This document shows positions 1 through 5,234 of a stretch of 6,285 nucleotides of DNA, in pieces (within the stretch, counting starts at the first letter, position 1; each line of letters begins with the position of its first letter). The position numbers and the translations under genes are program-made. The stretch comes from a virus. Taxonomy: Duplodnaviria > Heunggongvirae > Uroviricota > Caudoviricetes. Location: positions 1 to 6,285 of IMG/VR virus record IMGVR_UViG_2778261122_000006; one strand, 5' to 3'. The notes under the pieces are model-generated. The model worked only from the letters and a program-made list of their open reading frames with translations, ran no database searches and was not told where the DNA came from.

Positions 1-369
1 ATGTCAAACATCAAAAAATACATCATTGATTACGACTGGAAAGCATCAATAGAAATTGAAATCGACCATGACGTAATGACAGAGGAAAAACTTCACCAGA
101 TTAATAATTTCTGGTCAGACTCTGAATACCGACTCAATAAACACGGCTCTGTATTAAATGCTGTATTAATCATGCTGGCGCAACATGCTCTGCTTATAGC
201 AATTTCAAGCGACTTAAATGCATATGGTGTTGTGTGTGAGTTCGACTGGAATGATGGAAATGGTCAGGAAGGATGGCCTCCAATGGATGGTAGTGAAGGA
301 ATAAGAATTACCGATATCGATACATCAGGAATATTTGATTCAGATGATATGACTATCAAGGCCGCCTGA
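1..369 (+). CDS. ea10: Ea10-like early-left operon protein (122 aa)
   Basis: ORF-track ORF, ATG 1-3, stop TGA 367-369. Protein MSNIKKYIIDYDWK... matches my recollection of lambda Ea10 (122 aa) and lies directly upstream of cIII as in lambda. Confidence 0.8.
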   Translation: MSNIKKYIIDYDWKASIEIEIDHDVMTEEKLHQINNFWSDSEYRLNKHGSVLNAVLIMLAQHALLIAISSDLNAYGVVCEFDWNDGNGQEGWPPMDGSEGIRITDIDTSGIFDSDDMTIKAA

Positions 370-441
370 GCGCGGCGTTACCGCATACCAATTACGCTTC
401 ACTCGAGGCGTTTTTCGTTATGTATAAATAAGGAGCACACC

Positions 442-606
442 ATGCAATATGCCATTGCAGGGTGGCCTGTTGCTGGCTGCCCTTCCGAATCTTTACTTGA
501 ACGAATCACCCGTAAATTACGTGACGGATGGAAACGCCTTATCGACATACTTAATCAGCCAGGAGTCCCAAAAAATGGATCAAACAATTATGGCTATCCA
601 GACTAA
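442..606 (+). CDS. cIII: CIII, lysogeny-promoting inhibitor of FtsH (HflB) protease (54 aa)
   Basis: Not in the ORF track (below length cutoff). ATG 442-444 preceded by AAGGAG at 430-435. My translation: [54 protein letters not shown], stop TAA 604-606; recognisable as lambda CIII. Confidence 0.9.
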   Translation: MQYAIAGWPVAGCPSESLLERITRKLRDGWKRLIDILNQPGVPKNGSNNYGYPD

Positions 607-718
607 ATTCACTATCGCCACTTTTATTGGCGATGAAAAGATGTTTCGTGAGGCCGTCGACGCTTATAAAAAATGGATATTAATACTGAAACTGAGATCA
701 AGCAAAAGCATTCACTAA
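575..718 (+). CDS. kil: Kil, host cell-division inhibitor (47 aa)
   Basis: ATG 575-577 preceded by AGGAG at 561-565. Product [47 protein letters not shown] is the C-terminal 47 aa of ORF-track ORF 449..718, whose upstream extension overlaps cIII and is not believed. Overlaps the cIII 3' end in another frame, as in lambda. Confidence 0.88.
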   Translation: MDQTIMAIQTKFTIATFIGDEKMFREAVDAYKKWILILKLRSSKSIH

Positions 719-793
719 CCCCCTTTCCTGTTTTCCTAATCAGCCTGGCATTTCGCGGGCGATATTTTCACAGCCATTTTCAGGAGTTCAGCC

Positions 794-1090
794 ATGAACG
801 CTTATTACATTCAGGATCGTCTTGAGGCTCAGAGCTGGGCGCGTCACTACCAGCAGATCGCCCGTGAAGAGAAAGAGGCAGAACTGGCAGACGACATGGA
901 AAAAGGCCTGCCCCAGCACCTGTTTGAATCGCTATGCATCGATCATTTGCAACGCCACGGGGCCAGCAAAAAAGCCATTACCCGTGCGTTTGATGACGAT
1001 GTTGAGTTTCAGGAGCGCATGGCAGAACACATCCGGTACATGGTTGAAACTATTGCCCGCCACCAGGTTGATATTGATTCAGAGGTATAA
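794..1090 (+). CDS. gam: Gam (GamS form), RecBCD nuclease inhibitor (98 aa)
   Basis: ORF-track [24 protein letters not shown]..., ATG 794 preceded by CAGGAG at 781-786. Recognised as lambda Gam short form. The upstream GamL extension is in a different frame here (see findings). Confidence 0.93.
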   Translation: MNAYYIQDRLEAQSWARHYQQIAREEKEAELADDMEKGLPQHLFESLCIDHLQRHGASKKAITRAFDDDVEFQERMAEHIRYMVETIARHQVDIDSEV

Positions 1091-1095
1091 AACGG

Positions 1096-1881
1096 ATGAG
1101 TACAGCACTCGCAACGCTGGCAGGGAAGCTGGCTGAACGTGTCGGCATGGATTCTGTCGACCCACAGGAACTGATCACCACTCTTCGCCAGACGGCATTT
1201 AAAGGTGATGCCAGCGATGCGCAGTTCATCGCATTGTTGATCGTCGCCAACCAGTACGGCCTTAATCCGTGGACGAAAGAAATTTACGCCTTCCCTGATA
1301 AGCAGAACGGCATCGTTCCGGTGGTGGGCGTTGATGGCTGGTCCCGCATCATCAATGAAAACCAGCAGTTTGATGGTATGGACTTTGAGCAGGACAATGA
1401 ATCCTGCACATGCCGGATTTACCGCAAGGACCGCAATCATCCGATCTGCGTTACCGAGTGGATGGATGAATGCCGCCGCGAACCATTCAAAACCCGCGAA
1501 GGCAGAGAAATCACGGGGCCGTGGCAGTCGCATCCCAAACGGATGTTACGGCATAAAGCCATGATTCAGTGTGCCCGTCTGGCCTTCGGATTTGCTGGTA
1601 TCTATGACAAGGATGAAGCCGAGCGCATTGTCGAAAATACCGCATACACCGCAGAACGTCAGCCGGAACGCGACATCACTCCGGTTAACGATGAAACCAT
1701 GCAGGAGATTAACACTCTGCTGATTGCCCTGGACAAAACATGGGATGACGACTTATTGCCGCTCTGTTCCCAGATATTTCGCCGCGACATTCGCGCATCG
1801 TCAGAACTGACACAGGCCGAAGCAGTGAAAGCTCTTGGATTCCTGAAACAGAAAGCCACTGAGCAGAAGGTGGCAGCATGA
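1096..1881 (+). CDS. bet: Bet (Red-beta) single-strand annealing recombinase (261 aa)
   Basis: ORF-track [41 protein letters not shown]..., 261 aa; recognised as lambda Red-beta. Stop overlaps the exo start (ATGA). Confidence 0.97.
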   Translation: MSTALATLAGKLAERVGMDSVDPQELITTLRQTAFKGDASDAQFIALLIVANQYGLNPWTKEIYAFPDKQNGIVPVVGVDGWSRIINENQQFDGMDFEQDNESCTCRIYRKDRNHPICVTEWMDECRREPFKTREGREITGPWQSHPKRMLRHKAMIQCARLAFGFAGIYDKDEAERIVENTAYTAERQPERDITPVNDETMQEINTLLIALDKTWDDDLLPLCSQIFRRDIRASSELTQAEAVKALGFLKQKATEQKVAA

Positions 1882-2558
1882 CACCGGACATTATCCTGCA
1901 GCGTACCGGGATCGACGTGAGAGCTGTCGAACAGGGGGATGATGCATGGCACAAATTACGGCTCGGCGTCATCACCGCTTCAGAAGTTCACAACGTGATA
2001 GCAAAGCCCCGCTCAGGAAAGAAGTGGCCTGACATGAAAATGTCCTACTTCCACACCCTGCTGGCTGAGGTTTGCACCGGTGTGGCCCCGGAAGTTAATG
2101 CTAAGGCGCTGGCATGGGGAAAACAGTACGAGAACGACGCCAGAACCCTGTTTGAATTCACTTCCGGCGTGAATGTTACTGAATCCCCGATCATCTATCG
2201 CGACGAAAGTATGCGCACCGCCTGCTCTCCCGATGGTTTATGCAGTGACGGCAATGGCCTTGAGCTGAAATGCCCGTTTACCTCCCGGGATTTCATGAAG
2301 TTCCGGCTCGGTGGTTTCGAGGCCATAAAGTCGGCTTACATGGCCCAGGTGCAGTACAGCATGTGGGTGACACGAAAAGATGCCTGGTACTTTGCCAACT
2401 ATGACCCGCGTATGAAGCGTGAAGGACTGCATTATGTCGTGGTTGAGCGGGATGAAAAGTACATGGCGAGTTTTGACGAGATGGTGCCGGAGTTCATCGA
2501 AAAAATGGACGAGGCACTGGCTGAAATTGGTTTTGTATTTGGGGAGCAATGGCGATGA
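1878..2558 (+). CDS. exo: Exo (Red-alpha) 5'-3' dsDNA exonuclease (226 aa)
   Basis: ORF-track [50 protein letters not shown]..., 226 aa; recognised as lambda exonuclease. Start overlaps the bet stop by 4 nt. Confidence 0.97.
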   Translation: MTPDIILQRTGIDVRAVEQGDDAWHKLRLGVITASEVHNVIAKPRSGKKWPDMKMSYFHTLLAEVCTGVAPEVNAKALAWGKQYENDARTLFEFTSGVNVTESPIIYRDESMRTACSPDGLCSDGNGLELKCPFTSRDFMKFRLGGFEAIKSAYMAQVQYSMWVTRKDAWYFANYDPRMKREGLHYVVVERDEKYMASFDEMVPEFIEKMDEALAEIGFVFGEQWR

Positions 2559-2737
2559 AGCATCCTCACGATAATATCCGGGTAGGCGCGATCACTTTCG
2601 TCTACTCCGTTACAAAGCGAGGCTGGGTATTTCCCGGCCTTTCTGTTATCCGAAATCCCCTGAAAGCACAGCGGCTGGCTGAGGAGATAAATAATAAACG
2701 GGGAGCTGTATGCACAAAGCATCTCCCGTTGAGTTAA
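2555..2737 (+). CDS. Small early-left hypothetical protein, lambda orf60a-like (60 aa)
   Basis: ORF-track ORF 2549..2737 ([21 protein letters not shown]...). The third codon, ATG 2555-2557, has GGGGAG (2541-2546) at about 8-nt spacing and gives exactly 60 aa, so I place the start at 2555. Overlaps the exo stop. Confidence 0.7.
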   Translation: MKHPHDNIRVGAITFVYSVTKRGWVFPGLSVIRNPLKAQRLAEEINNKRGAVCTKHLPLS

Positions 2738-2901
2738 GAACGAGTATCGAGATGGCACATAGCCTCGCTCAAATTGGAGTCAGGTTTGTGCCAATTCCAG
2801 TAGAAACAGACGAAGAATTTCATACGTTAGCCGCATCCCTTTCACAAAAGCTGGAAATGATGGTGGCGAAAGCAGAAGCAGATGAGAGAGACCAGGTATG
2901 A
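2710..2901 (+). CDS. Small early-left hypothetical protein, lambda orf63-like (63 aa)
   Basis: ORF-track [66 protein letters not shown], 63 aa, GGGAG at 2701-2705. Overlaps the 3' end of the preceding ORF by 28 nt in another frame. Confidence 0.7.
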   Translation: MHKASPVELRTSIEMAHSLAQIGVRFVPIPVETDEEFHTLAASLSQKLEMMVAKAEADERDQV

Positions 2902-2977
2902 CAACCACTGAATGCATTTTTCTGGCAGCGGGCTTCATATTCTGTGTGCTTATGCTTGCCGACATGGGACTTGTTCA

Positions 2978-3193
2978 ATGACACCTCAGCAAGAAAACGC
3001 CCTTCGCAGTATTGCCCGTCAGGCTAATTCTGAAATCAAAAAAGCCAGACAGCAGTTTCCGGATAAAAACGTCGATGACATTTGCCGTAGCGTACTGAAG
3101 AAGCACCGCGAAACGGTAACGCTGATGGGATTCACACCGACTCACTTAAGTCTGGCAATTGGCATGTTAAACGGCGTTTTTAAGGAACGGTGA
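2978..3193 (+). CDS. Hypothetical protein (71 aa)
   Basis: ORF-track ORF 2912..3193. The internal ATG at 2978 (MTPQQENALRSIARQANSEIKKARQQFPDK...) is my preferred start because the N-terminal 22 codons from 2912 have no RBS and read as non-protein-like (MHFSGSGLHILCAYACRHGTCS). Function unknown; start uncertain. Confidence 0.55.
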   Translation: MTPQQENALRSIARQANSEIKKARQQFPDKNVDDICRSVLKKHRETVTLMGFTPTHLSLAIGMLNGVFKER

Positions 3194-3213
3194 ACATGAA
3201 AAGCAAAATCATC

Positions 3214-3236
3214 AGGGAGCTACAGGCTCCTTTTTT
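3214..3236 (+). terminator. Candidate intrinsic terminator after the 71-aa ORF
   Basis: GGAGC (3216-3220), loop TACAG, GCTCC (3226-3230), then TTTTTT (3231-3236). Short GC stem plus T-run, 23 nt after the stop at 3193. Confidence 0.45.
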
Positions 3237-3291
3237 ATTATTCGCATTCACCCTCAAGCGTATTAACCAACAATTCAGGGATTAATGAAAG

Positions 3292-3513
3292 ATGGCAGAC
3301 ATCATTGATTCAGCATCAGAAATTGAAGAATTACAGCGCAACACAGCAATAAAAATGCGCCGCCTGAACCACCAGGCTGTATCTACCACTCATTGTTGTG
3401 AGTGTGGCGATCCGATAGATGAACGAAGACGACTGGCCGTTCAGGGTTGTCGGACTTGTGCCAGTTGCCAGCAAGATCTGGAGCTTATCAGTAAACAGAG
3501 AGGTTCGAAGTGA
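3292..3513 (+). CDS. TraR/DksA-family C4 zinc-finger protein (73 aa), likely RNA-polymerase secondary-channel regulator
   Basis: ORF-track ORF MADIIDSASEIEELQRNTAIKMRRLNHQAVSTTHCCECGDPIDERRRLAVQGCRTCASCQQDLELISKQRGSK. Cys35-x2-Cys38-x17-Cys56-x2-Cys59 matches the DksA/TraR C4 spacing; size is typical of phage and plasmid TraR-like proteins. Confidence 0.75.
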   Translation: MADIIDSASEIEELQRNTAIKMRRLNHQAVSTTHCCECGDPIDERRRLAVQGCRTCASCQQDLELISKQRGSK

Positions 3514-3665
3514 GCGAAATTAACTAGAAGCCAAAGATAAAATCATCGCTGAGCAGGAGAAAATCGCTAACGGAGAAAAGACAGTAAGTCAGTATATGAA
3601 AACCGCATGATATCATCAGATAAAAATCGGTCGTAAAGCGAAATATTAATACCAGAATAAACGAG

Positions 3666-3689
3666 TCGAGGTAAATTATATTACCTCGA
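3666..3689 (-). terminator. Perfect 9-bp inverted repeat between convergent genes; candidate terminator for the reverse-strand membrane gene
   Basis: TCGAGGTAA (3666-3674), loop ATTATA, TTACCTCGA (3681-3689). Lies 35 nt beyond the reverse-strand stop at 3724-3726; the reverse-strand RNA downstream is moderately U-rich (CUCGUUUAUUCUGG). No T-run on the + strand. Confidence 0.4.
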
Positions 3690-3723
3690 TAAATTAACTA
3701 AAACTTGCCCGCTATATACTATC

Positions 3724-4302
3724 TCATTCAGTATCATCACGCGCGGTCTGTGCATATGTCACTACCGCACCTAATGTATTAATTTTCTTTTCAACATAGA
3801 TAATATTATCGTACTCATAATTGCCATACGGATAGCAAATGCGAATATTCTCATGTAGATCGGGGTCATCCACCTCAGCTCCAGAACAACTTTTTGAACT
3901 ACCGGAAGTATACCGATACGGTGCAACATAAGACGATGTCTCTCCAGGCAAAAAATAAGTTAGTGTTGTAAGGGGTATAATCAGAAAAAATCCAGAAAAT
4001 ATGCATATCCCTGCATAAACCTTAAGGTATGCTGACAGACTCTTCCAGCCGCTTTGTTTTACTATCCCCTTCTTAACCCAAAACAGAGATAACAGAAAAG
4101 CTATTCCCATGCTAAACAGAATGTAATAGTGGGATATACTCTGATTAAGAAACGTGACCCTGTAGATATCTGCCCGCCACCAGAAGAAAAGGAAAATAAA
4201 GATCAGCCCTGAAACTGTCATGCAAATCAAATAAGGATACGAATCTTTTTTCATGTTTAGCGCCCATAAAATTTTTCCTGCCCGGACAAATTTACCATCC
4301 AT
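3724..4302 (-). CDS. AT-rich accessory (moron) integral membrane protein, three predicted TM helices plus acidic C-terminal domain; function unknown
   Basis: ORF-track reverse ORF 3724..4347, whose first codon is GTG. ATG candidates are at 4302 (MDGKFVRAGK...), 4254 (MKKDSYPY...) and 4221; none has a strong SD, so the start is uncertain. Hydrophobic segments LICMTVSGLIFIFLFFWW, YYILFSMGIAFLLSLFWV and VYAGICIFSGFFLIIPLTTLTYFL, with Lys-rich loops. GC is about one-third by eye, versus over 50 percent in flanking genes. Confidence 0.7.
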   Translation of the reverse strand: MDGKFVRAGKILWALNMKKDSYPYLICMTVSGLIFIFLFFWWRADIYRVTFLNQSISHYYILFSMGIAFLLSLFWVKKGIVKQSGWKSLSAYLKVYAGICIFSGFFLIIPLTTLTYFLPGETSSYVAPYRYTSGSSKSCSGAEVDDPDLHENIRICYPYGNYEYDNIIYVEKKINTLGAVVTYAQTARDDTE

Positions 4303-4528
4303 TTTTTGCGCAGAAAATAGCTCATTACTTACTGCACAATAATACACAAAATTGCGTAAATTTTTTGCATGGATTTTAGCTCTTTCAGCCGACGTTTAAG
4401 GGGTAAAGAGCATTTCCTAAAAGCAACTGACCAACCCAACAGAATGGGCTACCGCTTACGTTGAGAGCAAAAAAGTGTATAGCAGCAATGAACAGCATCC
4501 TCGCACTGACGGGGATTTCTTTTATCTG

Positions 4529-4553
4529 AGCTCGCTACGGCGAGTTTTGTTTT
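4529..4553 (+). terminator. Candidate intrinsic terminator or attenuator immediately upstream of the 114-aa gene
   Basis: CTCGC (4531-4535), loop TACG, GCGAG (4540-4544), then TTTTGTTTTA (4545-4554). The T-run is on the + strand only and runs into the GGAGA RBS of the ORF starting at 4567. Confidence 0.4.
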
Positions 4554-4566
4554 ATGGAGACAAGAA

Positions 4567-4911
4567 ATGTCAGATTTGGCTATGAAGGTTTTGAAATGGC
4601 AATCAACTGGCGATGTCGGCATCAGTAGCGCAACTCTTGCCTCAATCGCATGTGGCCTGAAAAAGAATATCTATGGTCATCACTTCGGCGCTCCCCATGA
4701 CGCAGCAGACTTTCGGCGATGCGTTGCACTTGTTGAGCAGATTCCAGAAATCAGAGATTCATTCGACAAGGTTGCAAAGCGCGTTCCGGCATTCAAAGGA
4801 ATCCTCAACGAATGGGATTCACTCGTTGCTCTGTTGAAGTCTGAAATGAAGACGTACGGGAACAAAGCACCAGAGACTTACAGAAGAATCAGCGAGCTAC
4901 GCAAGGACTAA
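4567..4911 (+). CDS. Hypothetical protein (114 aa), accessory gene upstream of xis
   Basis: ORF-track ORF MSDLAMKVLKWQSTGDVGISSATLASIACGLKKNIYGHHFGAPHDAADFRRC..., GGAGA (4556-4560) 6 nt before ATG 4567, stop TAA 4909-4911. No TM segments and no family I can name. Occupies the position taken by ea8.5 in lambda but is not that protein by length. Confidence 0.75.
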   Translation: MSDLAMKVLKWQSTGDVGISSATLASIACGLKKNIYGHHFGAPHDAADFRRCVALVEQIPEIRDSFDKVAKRVPAFKGILNEWDSLVALLKSEMKTYGNKAPETYRRISELRKD

Positions 4912-4967
4912 CCCGCCTCACACTCGATGAGGCCTGTTCATTTCTCAAGATATCCAGACCTACCATC

Positions 4968-4991
4968 GCCGCATCAATGCGGCTTTTTCTT
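4968..4991 (+). terminator. Intrinsic terminator upstream of xis
   Basis: Perfect 6-bp stem GCCGCA (4968-4973), loop TCAA, TGCGGC (4978-4983), then TTTTTCTT (4984-4991). Textbook hairpin plus T-run. Confidence 0.6.
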
Positions 4992-5003
4992 GCGTGTAAT
5001 TGC
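4990..5003 (+). promoter_or_regulatory. CII-binding site TTGC-N6-TTGC of a pI-type (int) promoter
   Basis: TTGC (4990-4993), GTGTAA, TTGC (5000-5003): the direct-repeat motif recognised by lambda CII, positioned over the xis start region as at lambda pI. The -10 and transcription start could not be confidently assigned by eye. Confidence 0.65.
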
Positions 5004-5015
5004 GGAGACTTTGCG

Positions 5016-5234
5016 ATGTACTTGACACTTCAGGAGTGGAACGCACGCCAGCGACGCCCAAGAAGCCTTGAAACAGTTCGTCGATGGGTACGCGAGTGCA
5101 GGATATTCCCTCCTCCGGTTAAGGATGGAAGAGAGTATCTGTTCCACGAATCAGCGGTAAAGGTTGACTTAAATCGACCAGTAACAGGTAGCCTTTTGAA
5201 GAGGATCAGAAATGGGAAGAAGGCGAAGTCATGA
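5016..5234 (+). CDS. xis: Excisionase Xis (72 aa)
   Basis: MYLTLQEWNARQRRPRSLETVRRWVRECRIFPPPVKDGREYLFHESAVKVDLNRPVTGSLLKRIRNGKKAKS is recognisable as lambda-type Xis. GGAG (5004-5007) precedes ATG 5016. The ORF-track start at 4977 lies inside the upstream terminator hairpin and is rejected. The 3' end overlaps the int start by 23 nt. Confidence 0.93.
   Translation: MYLTLQEWNARQRRPRSLETVRRWVRECRIFPPPVKDGREYLFHESAVKVDLNRPVTGSLLKRIRNGKKAKS

Noticed and set aside
370-441. Possible terminator between ea10 and cIII (short GCGG/CCGC stem, TTTTT at 411-415)
   Set aside because: Stems are only 3-4 bp and not contiguous with the T-run; too weak to call by eye.
449-718. 89-aa ORF from the ORF track (MPLQGGLLLAALPNLYLNESPVNY...)
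   Set aside because: Only the last 47 codons (from ATG 575, with its own AGGAG) are Kil; the upstream extension overlaps cIII in another frame and has no RBS.
822-1136. 104-aa + strand ORF in an alternative frame across gam
   Set aside because: Lies entirely within the confidently recognised gam gene in another frame; the Arg/Ser/Pro-rich translation is typical of an off-frame read of GC-rich coding sequence.
1009-1533. 174-aa reverse-strand ORF (with nested 66-aa and 77-aa ORFs) across gam and bet
   Set aside because: Antisense or overlapping frames to gam and bet, which are unambiguously recognised; no RBS and no recognisable protein.
1659-1975. 97-aa and 88-aa reverse-strand ORFs across the bet/exo junction
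   Set aside because: Antisense to bet and exo; Cys/Ser/Arg-rich translations typical of non-coding frames.
2238-2758. 103-aa and 108-aa reverse-strand ORFs across exo and the orf60a-like gene
   Set aside because: Antisense to recognised + strand genes with no independent support.
2780-2965. 61-aa reverse-strand ORF
   Set aside because: Antisense to the orf63-like gene and the following intergenic region; no RBS.
4303-4347. GTG start at 4345-4347 for the reverse-strand membrane gene (ORF-track N-terminus MYYCAVSNELFSAQK)
   Set aside because: A possible reverse-strand -10 (TATTAT, about 4339-4344) overlaps these codons and there is no RBS; an ATG start at 4302 or 4254 is more plausible. The start remains uncertain, so this is only a soft rejection.
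4409-4522. 37-codon reverse-strand ORF in the divergent intergenic region (MLFIAAIHFFALNVSGSPFCWVGQLLLGNALYPLNVG)
   Set aside because: No usable Shine-Dalgarno spacing (GAGG directly abuts the ATG) and no support; likely chance.
4680-4865. 61-aa reverse-strand ORF inside the 114-aa gene
   Set aside because: Antisense to a + strand ORF that has a good RBS; nothing supports it.
4915-4945. Hairpin GCCTCA-CACTCGA-TGAGGC just after the 114-aa gene stop
   Set aside because: 6-bp stem but no proper T-run downstream; the stronger terminator is the adjacent hairpin at 4968-4991.
4977-5015. Extended xis start at ATG 4977 (MRLFLACNCGDFA-MYLT...)
   Set aside because: That ATG sits in the loop of the terminator hairpin and upstream of the CII site; the ATG at 5016 has a GGAG RBS and gives the canonical 72-aa Xis.
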